A DNA stretch of 64,000 nucleotides from Camelus ferus (lineage: Eukaryota). Each line of letters starts with the position of its first letter. Within the stretch, counting starts at the first letter, position 1. Below are positions 39,834 to 51,419 of this stretch, in pieces. The stretch is from positions 63,180,001 through 63,244,000 of the forward strand of contig NC_045707.1 in the NCBI RefSeq assembly GCF_009834535.1, read 5' to 3'. The translations under genes were made by a program, and so were the position numbers. The notes under the pieces are model-generated. The model was not told the origin of the DNA. It saw only the letters and a program-made list of their open reading frames with translations, and did no database searches.

Positions 39834-39960
39834 TGCTTGTTGGCATGAACCCTTGGTGCCTTACTTTTCCTTTCTAGATCCTCGGATTTTATATCTACAA
39901 GTTTCAGCAGCTCCAGTCATTCCTGGGCTTCTTAATTTCTTCAGCAAAAATGTTGTTATT

Positions 39961-40726
39961 AAATCCACAAATGACAAATGCTGGAGAGGCTGTGGAGAAA
40001 GGGGAACCCTCCTACACTGCTGGTGGGAATGCAGTTTGGTACAGCCACTGTGGAAAACAGTATGAAGATTCCTCAAAAGACTAGGAATACACTTACTGTA
40101 TGACCCAGGAATCCTGCGCCTGGGCATATATCCAGAAGGAACCCTACTTCAGGATGACACCTGCACCCCAATGTTCATAGCAGCACTATTTACAACAGCC
40201 AAGACATGGAAACAGTCTAAATGTCCATCAATGGATGACTGGATAAAGAAGAGGTGGTATATTTATACAATGGAATACTATTCAGCCATAAAAATGACAA
40301 CATAACACTATTTGCAGCAACATGGATGCTCCTGGAGAATGTCATTCTAAGTGAAGTAAGCCAGAAAGAGAAAGAAAAATACCATATGAGATCGCTCATA
40401 TGTGGAATCTAAAAAACAAAAACAAACGAACAAAGCATAAATACAAAACAGAAACAGACTCATAGACATAGAATACAAACTTGTGGTTGCCAAGGGGGCG
40501 GGGGGTGGGAAAAGATAGATGGGATTTCAAAATTGTAGAATAGATAGACAAGATTATACTGCATAGCACAGGGAAATATATACAAGATCTTATGGTAGCT
40601 CAAAGAGAAAAAAATGTGACAATGAATATATGTATGTTCATGTATAACTGAAAAATTGTGCTGAACACTGGAATTTGACACAACATTGTAAAATGATTAT
40701 AAATCAATAAAAAATGTTAAAAAAAA
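39961..40726 (+). mobile_element. Young lineage-specific 5'-truncated L1 (copy A)
   Basis: ORF2 C-terminus ([24 protein letters not shown]...), 3' UTR, aataaa and A tail; closely similar to 58137-58900. Confidence 0.93.
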
Positions 40727-41974
40727 GTTACTATCCACAGCACCAAGTGTGATTTATTTGTCACAGATCCATAGCAAAAAGCAAACAGTTAAATGAATTT
40801 AAAATAATAACAGCAAATGAATAAATAAATACATTCTTTCCATCGACAATATGAGGCAGTGTTAAGGTTTTCCTCTTAAAATGGTCTCTTTCAACTGGGG
40901 ATGGAAACCGAAAAATGGCACAGAAACTTCTCGTGTTGCTGAGAATTGAGACAAGGGGAAAATCTTGTTTTTCCATTTATTTTCAATCTCGCTTGTAATG
41001 AAAATTTCTTTCAAGAGCTTTCCATCAGCTGTCATGAAGTGAGGATTTTAACTGAAGGCAAATTATAGAAACTCAAATGATGTGATAACTTAGTATGATT
41101 CCTGAACTAAATGGAGCCAACACACATACACACAGACGATCTGGTTAAAGACTTTCTCACCTCTTCTAAAAGAAAGACTTTTAAAACATTAAATACATTA
41201 TGGAACAGTTGGGAACTAGCAAGCAAAGTTTGATATTAACTACCTGTTGTAGACGTATTTAATCAGGAATATGCAAGTTGCATTAACTGCAGAAAATGAA
41301 CACAAAACAGAAGCAAAACAGATCTGGGACAGCTTTTCAAGGGAAACCATGGAGGGTTTTGCTGGCCCATTAAACGCCAACACTCTCTATGCTGTACTCG
41401 AAAAGCACTCGTGGAGTTTAAGCCACACTAACCACCACAACCAAATGCATATTCAGTTGCTCTTTCTGATCGAAATATCCTCAATCCACAATAAAGTTTC
41501 ACGTAAAACACCAGGTCAATATTGCTTTCATCTCTCTTACGGGAGTAAAGTTGTTACGGTGACTTTAAAAGTTACTGTAAAATGGTTTTATAGAAAGTTT
41601 TTGAAGACTTTCTACCGTCGTTTCTTAGATTTCTTCTCTCTCATGTTAGTTTTAAAACAGTTATTTTGGGAGAACGCCTTGACACTATGACAATGGGAAC
41701 GATGCTCTGGAGGAATTTAACATTCTTTCACTAAATAGTTACTGAATGGCTACTAGGCGTTAGTCACTCGAGGAGACACAAAAATGAGTAAATTGCCTCT
41801 TCCCTTGAGAACTTTAGAATTAGAGGGATAAGAGCATAACAAAATAACAAGGGGGGTGATTAGTGGTTAATACTTCATTAGAAAGGTAAAAACACGTTAG
41901 CATGGGAAGGAGACATGGAATCAGCAAGGGGAGACAAGGGACTTCATGGATGAGATAGTATCTGAGTTAGTCCA

Positions 41975-42935
41975 TGGGTCAATTTTCTAAGGCTGCTGTA
42001 ACAAATTACCACAAACTTCGTGGCTAAAACAATCACAGACTGATTATCTTGGGTCTCACTGGGCTAAAAGCAAGGCACTGGGAGTGCTGAGTTTCTTTCT
42101 GGCAGCTCTGAGGGTGTGCTAGGTTAAACTGTGTTCCCCCCCAAAACAAGTATGTTGAAATCCTAACCCATGATATCTATAAATAAAATCTCATTTGGAA
42201 AGAGGGTCCTGGCAGATGGAATCAGGTTAAGAAGAGGTAATTTGTATGGGTGCTAATCTCATGTGACTGGTATTTTTGGAAAAGGAAAATCCCACGTGAA
42301 GACAGACGCAAGGAGAGAGCCAGGTGGTGCCAGACGCAGACGCAGACGACGCAGACGCAGATGCAGGAGTGATGCAGCTGCATGCCAAGGAACGCCGAGG
42401 ACCACGGGCCACCCCAGAAGGCAAGAGCAGGCAGGAAAGAGTCTACCCAGAGTCTCCGAGCAAGGATGGTCCTACTGACACCTTAACTTTGGACTGTTAG
42501 CCTCCAGATCTGTGAGAGAATAAATTTTTGTTGTTCTAAACGCAGTACTTTGTGACAGCAGCCCTAGGAAACCTACAAGGGGCAAATCAAATTCTAGAGG
42601 CCACCTGCACTTCTTGGCTCACAGCTCTTTTCCTTCATCTTCAAAGCCAGCAGGAGCAGGTCTCGTCCTTCCCACACTGGCACCCCTCTGAGCACTGCTT
42701 CCATTGCCACATCTTCCCCGAGTGATTCCTCTGGTTTCCCTCTTCCACTCCCAAAGATCGTTGTGATTACATACAATGCTCCCAGATAATCCAGGATGAG
42801 TTCCCTACTTAAAGGTCAACTGCTTAGTAACCTTAATTCTACCCTCAGCCTTAATTTCCATTCAACAGAACATATTCATAGGTTCCTGAGATGAGGATGA
42901 GGACATCTTTAGGGGACCATTATTCTGCCCACCAC
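41975..42935 (-). mobile_element. MaLR MLT1 solo LTR (outer element) split by a second LTR
   Basis: ctaaggctgctgtaacaaattaccacaaac (41988) to ggggaccattattctgcccaccaca (42935); the two halves are contiguous once 42115-42577 is removed. Confidence 0.8.
42115..42577 (+). mobile_element. MaLR MLT1A/B-like solo LTR nested in the opposite orientation
   Basis: tgtgctaggttaaactgtgttcccc...aataaatttttgttgtt...cagcagccctaggaaacctaca; aggg on both flanks. Confidence 0.85.
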
Positions 42936-44310
42936 AGTCCACAGAAAGCAGATTTCCTCGAAGTGCAGCTGACAGATCACCTCTATCAGAAAATGACCTT
43001 GCTGTCAATTAAAAGGGCAGATTCCTCGGCCTGGCTTGCTGTACTGTGAGTGGGGACCAGAAACTGGAGCAGAATTTCTGATTGGTAATCTTGAAAGAAG
43101 AAAGTATCTCAAATGGAAAAATACTTTGAGTCTATGTATGAAAAGAGAAAAAATGAAGATTGTGATCCTGGAAACATAGTGTAGTTTTACCATAGGGAAG
43201 GGTAAAAGTGGATTTGTGAAAAATAAGTTTGGAAACGAGGATGGGGCCAGAGCCTCAAGAACTATGAGGGCCAACTTAAGTGAGTTTAACTCCACATGGG
43301 AAGTCAACAAACCAAAGACATTCCAGAGATAGAATCACCTATTTCTTGGACACATTGCTTTCTCTTCAGAAAGTAATATATACGAGGAAGACTTAAATGG
43401 AAACAATTGGTGGTCTTTGAAGATATAATGCTGAAATAATACCATTTTTGTATTATTCAGTTATAAGGCCATAAAATTTTTTTTTTACTATTCCTATTTT
43501 AATCCATTTCTCTCCAAGGATAAATCACTGGCAAGAACTGAAAAGACAGATTGCTAATCAAAATGTTTCAGTCACTTGATGATGTATATAAGCAGATCAC
43601 AGTATCTTATCTTTCTGTGCTAATAAATATAGACTAGGAAGATCATATAGGGAAGGTAAAGATTAAATGGTACCAGCCGTACTAAATGTTAGCCTTTTCC
43701 AGTTCAACGTGATGCTAACTGCTAGTTAACCAATTTCCAAACTCTTGCCATTGTTTTAAAGTACACTATAAAATTGGCAAGATTTTCATAGCCTTTTCAC
43801 TATTTCTAGGAACCATAAAATCCCAAGTGAAACAGAAACTCTTTCTAGAGATAAAAATTTAATATAATATAAAAGATGAATAGTAGCAGCCCCAGAACAT
43901 TCTAAAACAATTATTTCAGGATGAGAGACAATGAATCATTGTAGCTACGAAAGAGACACGAGACTTTATAACAATAACTCTATGTCAATTCACTAGGGGA
44001 TAAAGGTGGACATATATATATTGTCTCTGTGCCATAAAATATTTGGCATTCTGGTTTATACAACATTTGTTTAATAGGGTATTGGAATATATACCCATCA
44101 TAGGTTTTACAAAAACGCCCTGAAGAAATGGAGCCTTTAAAACTCATAAGTGAACTGCCATTACCACCATAGATGAATCTTAAAAAGCTAGGTATCTAGC
44201 AAGAAAGAACTTAAAAGAATTCTCTAGATTTTCCCACTTCATTCATTGTCCAAGAAAAACAAAATTCAATCAATCAAACAAACAAATTAATTAAAATAAA
44301 ATTAAAATAA

Positions 44311-44480
44311 CAAGTTTCTTCTTATAGCACAGGGAACTATATTCAGTATCTATAACCTATAATGAAAAAGAATATGAAAAGGAATATACGTATGCATATG
44401 TATGACTGAAACATTACGCTGTTCACCAGAAATTGATACAACATTGTAAACTGACTATGCTTCAATAACAACAACAAAAC
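44311..44480 (+). mobile_element. 5'-truncated L1 3' terminus
   Basis: tatagcacagggaactatattcagtatc...accagaaattgatacaacattgtaaactgactatgcttcaataac. Confidence 0.85.
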
Positions 44481-44498
44481 TTAACCAAAACAGCACAA

Positions 44499-45056
44499 TG
44501 CAGCAGACTATATTTTTCCAAAAATGCCCACAACAGTATCTCCCATCCCACAGGATCTTCCACAATCTTGCAAATTCCCCACAACCTTGAATCTGGGTTG
44601 GCTTTAGAGATTCTCTTACAACCAACAGAATGTAGCAAAGTCATGCATCATGACTTCAGAGACCAGGTCAGAGGAAGCCCTACAGCTCCTGCCTTGGTCT
44701 CTGGGAATGTTTTTTTCCACGTGCTCCTTCTCAATCCATTACCTCTCAGAACCGATCACCGTGCTGTAAGAAGGCCAGACCACGCGGAGAGGCCACGTGT
44801 ATGTACACCTGTCATCAGGCACAGCTGAGCGCTGCATTCACTTTCTCCTGGGCCAGTTATTAGACGTGTGAGTTAAGAAGCTTCCAAATAATTACCCAGC
44901 CACTCAAGAGTCACCCCAACCTTAGAATTTCCCAGCTGACGCTCAGATACTGTGGATCAGACACAAGACACCCAATCCGTGATCATAGCAAAACGGCTGC
45001 TGTGTCCCACCACTAAGCTTGACTTTGTTTATGACGCAGTACAGAGAGCTTGAACG
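44499..45056 (+). mobile_element. MaLR solo LTR (MLT1H/G-like)
   Basis: tgcagcagactatatttttccaaaaatgcccacaacagtatctcccatccc...ccactaag...atgacgcagt. Confidence 0.7.
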
Positions 45057-46249
45057 TTCATTCTAGTTCGTATTTTGTATAAAAGCTATACTAATCTCAA
45101 AGTTATTCTGTTAAAACAACAACAAAAAAAGAATCCACTACACAGGATAGTATTCTGATACTCAGGAATCATGCTGAGACCCACGCCCAGCCCTCAGACC
45201 AAGTTGAGACTCCAGCTTGAGAATATATTAGTTGTTTCCCCACTAAAGGTTGGGATCTGCCCCCCCCCCCCGCCCACATCTGATATCCCAAATTTGGAGA
45301 CAATCTCGGTCCACGTGAATCTGATCTAGGTCTCCCTACGTATCTTCTGTGTGGCCAGTTTGTGTGAAACTGACTCTATACAATAATCTCTGGTGGAGCT
45401 GAACCAAGTCTGTTTAGATGGTACCTTAATCCCCCTGGCTTTTTTCAAAACCTTTTCTCCAGGGCTGACCTCTGTTTCCAGGAAGTCATTCAGGTTCCCC
45501 TTACTACGAATGAGAACCCATCTAACACAAAGAACCATGAATATTGTTATGTATCCTGCCATGCAGACCCATTGACCACGATGCTGTCTTGGATCTGCAG
45601 GTCCCAAGTCCCTTGAACTTGCTTATGTAAACAGTTTGTACCTTCCAAACATAAGTCCCAATCCTGTCCCAAGATTGTTCCCGCAGCTCCTGACTTTCAT
45701 CCTATGAAAACTGGTATACTAGGAGTGGCCTCCCAGGTAAAGAATGAGGAACTTTAAACAAGACAAAGCTGCAGTTTCCAAAGCTAGGGATGAACAGCCT
45801 GGATCCTGATTTTCAGAGTTTAACGCTAGAGGGCCTTAATTATATTCAGCCTAATTTCAGACCTGACCTTAGGGAGAGATGTGAAGTGGGCCTGATCTTA
45901 CAGATAGGGTCAAGTTGTCTTAAGGCTAGGATGCAGCAGAATGTAGAGGCCAGGAAAGAAAAAAGATTCTGCTAATAGAGATGATTGCTCCTCTACAGTT
46001 CATGGTGGCAATCTCTGAAAGAATGCATTCTAGAATTGTACCTATTTTTAATGTGTTGCTTTGTTGGCTGTGGTTTTACTAATTTGCCTTTCTGCTTCTT
46101 CAGAAAATGGGGCATGTCTCCATTTCCACTCTAATTTTTCACAGTGAAAGATTTACCCACAGTATTTTAGCAGATTCTTCTGCAATTCACTGGGACACAA
46201 TTCATCAGGGTCTGGGAAGGGGGGTTTAAGGCAAATAACATGTATTTAT

Positions 46250-46950
46250 TAAACGGCTACAATTTACCAGACCTTTTATTAGTGTCAGTCATTGCCTTTA
46301 ACCTCCTAACTCCTAGCAGCTAGGTGTATTTTTCCTAATCACTATGTAAGGAAGTGAGACTCAGCCAGGTCAAACACCTTGCCCAAATTTGAAAGCAAGA
46401 AAGTAGTAGACACCAGGATTAGAATTTACAACTGGCTGACTCCAAAGTCCATGCACCTTTCACTATGAAGGTTAAACTCATTTGGGGCAGTTATCTGCCT
46501 TCTATCTCTTCAATCCTGGATTTCCAATTTTTTCTTTAAAAATATTTGATTGCTCTGAGAAGTATTTTTCTTCATAGAGAAGAGGAAGGAATAATTGAGG
46601 TTCGAGAATTTCTCTTCTTCCTGCCATCTGTTCCAAGGAATACCAGCCATTCCCTTTTTTTTTTTTTTTTTTTTCCTTGCTCCAAACACAATTTGCCCTT
46701 TGGATAATTACTAGCACTTTTTTTCCTTTTAAAAAGCCTCACCTGCATCTGTATTCTACCTTTCAGACCTGGTTCATGTAAGTCCATGCCACTCTTTTAT
46801 ATTCATGTATGACCTGAGGCAACCTGCTCAACCTCTCTGAAGCTCGCTGTCTCATCTCTAAAATGAAATAACAATAAACATCCGACTTACAGCATGTTGT
46901 GAGATTTAAAACACAGAGTGGTTGTAGAAAGTGTTCTGCAAATGTCACCT
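46250..46950. mobile_element. Two MIR SINEs in opposite orientations (about 46250-46450 and 46760-46950)
   Basis: MIR core text (ggaagtgagactcag...cttgccca; tgacctgaggcaacctgctcaacctctctga...catctctaaaatg). Confidence 0.65.
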
Positions 46951-49194
46951 GCTACTTGTATCATCATCCTTGGCCATCCACCTCTCCTTCCATCTCTTTG
47001 CGCACATCCTTTCACATCTTTTCTCTGACAAATTCACTGAGGAGCTTCCTGCATAGATCCATTAATTTCTTTCAGTGCTGATTACACCATCAGAATTTTA
47101 TTTGGAGTTACTTTCCATTCCTCTCGGCCCACTTACTCATTGTAAAGTCTCCATCAAAAGGATTCTACAGTGTTTTCTCGCCTAACTTTGAATTGTGAAG
47201 TGTTTGAATGGCTCTTCTCTGATTAACTAACTCTTGGATGACAGCTGCTTTTTCTTAAAGTTACTTTCTATCTATCCTTCCCCCTTTGTGCCTCCTTGGC
47301 CATAAAGCAACTTTTGCTTATCATCATTATCCATGTGTTTTCTTGATACCTTAAAAAAAAAATAGAGACTGTTCTGAAGCTTTTTCTCCTTCTTTAGCAA
47401 CAAAACGCAGGAGACAGCAATGCTTCTTGGAAGCAAAAACCAGATAAAATTCTGTTACAGACTTGATCTCTGGACTCAGCACCTGTTTTGAAACAAGACC
47501 TCTTGATATCTTCTTTCTTAATACTGGGACAATAATGCTTTCCCATTATTAGTGTCAGGATTATTAATGAGACAATGTAAAGTGCTTTGAGCGCCTCCAA
47601 TGAAAGTTGCTTTATTATCACTGTGATTTTTCCCTGAAAGGATGGAGAAATCAATTCGCCAGTGTCTACAAAAAGCTTTAAAAAATCCATCTTGCTCACT
47701 TTCTCTTCCAGAGCGGGAAGAGAAAGATGAAGTTTACATAGGAAAAGATACAGATTCAATGATGTGGTATGGCGTTTTGTCATCAGAACCATAAAACATA
47801 TTAGATTTAAGAAATTTAGTATGCAATTGACAGTTTCTAAATATTTTAAATCTCCATTTACCGAAAAAAGTAAACAGGCATTTTTCAAGTAAGTCTCACA
47901 TATTTTTCAATCATCCATGAAAGTCTGTATCTTACATTCTGCTACTATAACGGAATTCAGAAAGAGAGACACTGAAGTAATAAAAACTTTGAGTCATGCC
48001 CGACTCAAAGTCATGCCCGAATAAATGTGGGAATTAAAAGTTACTCTTGAGAACCATTCTTGATTTACATCGTCATGCCTCAAAGAAACTGAGCAACAGT
48101 CTGTCAGTTATTTTTCATAACAAGAGTTAATAAAGTAGGAATTATAGAGAGATTTAAACTTTAGCATAAGTTCTGAAATATATTTTAAAATAATACCTAG
48201 GACATCTGAAAACACAAGATACCTTAGCTGAGTTCACAGCGTCTACTTCCAAGTAATTGCCTTATATGAAACTTCCATTTTTCTACTACACTTGGTAAAT
48301 AATTAATATACACAATAAATGTTCCCATGTAATTGAGAAAGGCAATGAAAAGTGGTCAGTAGACTTACAAGAATAAAATATATTATTAACATTTGTGGGG
48401 AGGAAATTATGCTTATTTAGATGATTAGAGGCAGAATGAATCATGTCATCTAGGAAATCCAGGAATCAAAACAGAAAAGTACTTGAATAGCAAAATTAAT
48501 TGTATGCACCAGAGAGAACCTCACAGCCTAGAGATTTTGGAGAATAAAGTATAAAAATCCATCACAGAGCACTAATGCGAATAAAATCCAGTAAAGAACA
48601 TTACTAAAACCCCACCTCGCCAGTATCTCTCCTTTTCTTGGATAACAATTCTAAATCCAAAATCATCAACATTAAACTTGATACAGATAGTGTCAGGGCT
48701 CAGAGTAACTCCAACATGCAAAACACCATTTGTTTTACAAAGACGTTGTAATGTTTTGGTTTACCCCAGACTACACAGAAAAGAAAAGCAGAGCAATCAA
48801 TTAAGCCAAAGCTGATGTGAAATTACAAGAATAAGAGTATAATTCTATAACCTTCACCAAGGCGAAACTCCCACTGATTCCAATTATACGTCTATTGGGA
48901 AAACACAATTGAAATTTATAACTATTTAAGTCATGGTCCAGCCTCTTTGTGGTTACTGACCTTGCCTTTTACAGGTTAGTGGCAGAACCAAAAGAATTAA
49001 GAACTAAATAATACAAGAATGAACTCTACACAGCAATAGTTTTCCAAGCGAGGTGCTAAGGGTCTTAGCAATGTGAGGGAGCATCACATCACATACAGAG
49101 ATCTCACTTGTGTAAAAGACCCTACTGCTAAAATCCTGAAGTACAAGTTCATGAACTAATAAATAGTGGGAGAACCTGCCATCAAGGCGGTTGC

Positions 49195-49410
49195 ACAGGG
49201 CTCAAAATCACACAAATATAACTAAATTCAAATCCTTGTTCAGACTTTCACTAATTATGTGACTTTAAGACAATTCACTTAAATTTTCCGAATCTCAAGT
49301 TTCTTCATTAAAAATAAAAGTGTATTAACACTGGCTTCACAGGACTATTATAATGATTAAATGTTTTAATGTATGTAAAGAAATCAGCAGAGAGTAGTAA
49401 ATGAATAAAT
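49195..49410. mobile_element. MIR SINE
   Basis: ttcaaatcc...tgtgacttt..acaattcacttaa...ctcaagtttcttcat...acaggactattataatgattaaat. Confidence 0.65.
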
Positions 49411-50225
49411 TATGTCCTCCCCCTCCTCACCCCAGAAGAAACTAAGCAAGGATCAACAAGTACATCCCCATGTCTCTACCAAAACTAAACACTATTCATA
49501 TTAAAGACTTAGAGGAAAAGCAGTTTCACAGCTAGCTATCTCTTGTAGGTTATCACAGTGATTTACAACCTTACTGCCAAGATGCTGGTCCCTACTGCTT
49601 ACCTAACTACAAATTAAGTCACTTTCTTCGTGACCTTATTCAATTACCACACTCCATCTTTAATTCTAGGCTTCTAGATGGAGAGTGGTTACTGAGAAAG
49701 TCTTTGCCTCTTCAAATTCATTGTCTAAAACTAAAATCTATTCTGTGTCTTTTTAACCTTCCTTTCTTTGTTCTTTCTTCTAATTCTGTGCAAATGAACA
49801 ATCACATCAAGAAGCTAGCAATGATTACTGGGTTAGTACTACAGTCCATGAATTTCATTGTCTCTCTGTCTATACCAGCCTTGCAAATTTACCCAAAAGT
49901 GTCAATGGATACCCAATTTCCCCCAGTATATGATATTTTTATTTTCCCCGCTACTACTTTATAAAGCAACCAGTTTCATTACTTCCTTGAAAAATTCTAA
50001 GTCTAAATTTGAGCATTGATTTGTCACCAATATGTGATAATCCAATTCAAAATCAAGCAATTATTCATTTCCCAATGTGTAAAATATCCCACCAACCAAC
50101 ATAATCATATAAGGGAATGGCAGTTCCAAGCCATACAGAATGAGTTAGCACAAGAGAATCTGTTCCCTCATAAGGCTACCGGAGGTAGCCAGGTGATTAC
50201 CAAAATTAGCGTCTTCTGTGTTTAT

Positions 50226-50304
50226 AATGGAGGTACTGGGGATTGAACCCAGGACTTCATGCATGCTAAGCACATGCTCTACCACTGAGCCCTACCCCCA
50301 CCCC
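50226..50304 (-). mobile_element. tRNA-Ala-derived SINE (camelid Vic-1-like) with 18-bp TSD
   Basis: Minus strand reads ggggtgggggtagggctcagtggtagagcatgtgcttagcatgcatgaagtcctgggttcaatccccagtacctcca (A and B boxes, AGC anticodon loop); TSD agcgtcttctgtgtttat (50208-50225) / agtgtcttctgtgtttat (50305-50322). Confidence 0.88.
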
Positions 50305-50976
50305 AGTGTCTTCTGTGTTTATTAAAGCACATATTTTTGAACTGTTGATTTTAAAATTTGATTCTGAACACTTAAATAATTTTTCATATTTTGAAACTTT
50401 CCTTCAGTGTGTATCCCCTAGATGTGCCCACAACTTTGAATCCATTTGTAGGAAAAAGTAAAATAAAAATATAAACAAGTAATAGGCCTCAACGCTAAGA
50501 TAACACATAAACAAATAAAGACCACTATGACAGTTCATATAAGTGCTAAAGGGAATTAATTTTTTAAAAAATTATTTAAAACAGTCACTGTACCAAGAAC
50601 TGGGATGTAGTTTATCTCATTTTATTATCACGAGTTCCCAGTGAATTAAGTAATATATACGGTTTTACTGACAAAAAAAATAAGGCCTGATTAAGTTAAA
50701 TATGAATGTGAACTTAATGAACAACTACCAAGTCATGTTGCTGAGATGTGAATCCAAGTCTGGATGACAATGAAGCCAACATTCCACGTATTTTGCCACA
50801 ACCATGTGACAATACAAAGAGCTGTGGAGGACTGTGATGCTCAGGCTCTTTTCCTGACTTCGAGATGCTCAAGAAAATTTCAGGTTTTGTCTGTGTATTG
50901 ATGACAGTAGACAAACTTGGGGCAAGTAATTTACTATGTTTGGGATGCATTTTCTCATCAGTAAAATGGTCTTTCT

Positions 50977-51275
50977 CAGCACTGTCCACAAGAAATAATA
51001 TGTGAGCCAATAAGTAATTTAAAATTTTCTAGTAGCCAAGTTTCAAGAAGTAAAATAAATCGTTAAGATTAGTTTGAATAATATTTAACTCAGTAGATCC
51101 CAAACATCTTTCCTATAGGTGATTTATATAAACATCATTGATGAGGTACTTACATTACTTTTTTTCTAAATCTTAGAAATTCAGTGTGCGTTTTAGACCT
51201 ATAGCACATTTGAATGAGCCATATTTCAAGTGCTCAGTTGATGTGTGTCTATTGACTACCATATTGGACAATACA
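50977..51275. mobile_element. MER33-like hAT-Charlie element
   Basis: cagcactgtcca...gtaatttaaaattttctagtagcca...ctaccatattggacaa. Confidence 0.75.
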
Positions 51276-51419
51276 ACTCTAGACATCTTTCAAGTTCTCT
51301 TCCACCCTAAAAACCTATCTAGACACCTACCATTCTACAGTTTGCAAAACATACACATATGCTGAAAGGAATCAAAAAAGCTTTATGCTGTAAAATTTGC
51401 CTAGCTAGTATTTTATTAG

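Noticed and set aside
42227..42478. Poly-Arg (protamine-like) and Ser/Ala-rich ORFs
   Set aside because: They are translations of a hexamer microsatellite inside an MLT1 LTR.
47394..47888. 164-aa minus-strand ORF as an extra TRHDE exon
   Set aside because: No resemblance to M1 peptidase sequence; non-ATG start; composition typical of AT-rich intron.
50226..50304. Functional tRNA-Ala gene
   Set aside because: Flanked by a TSD, with a disrupted acceptor stem and D-arm start; better explained as a SINE.
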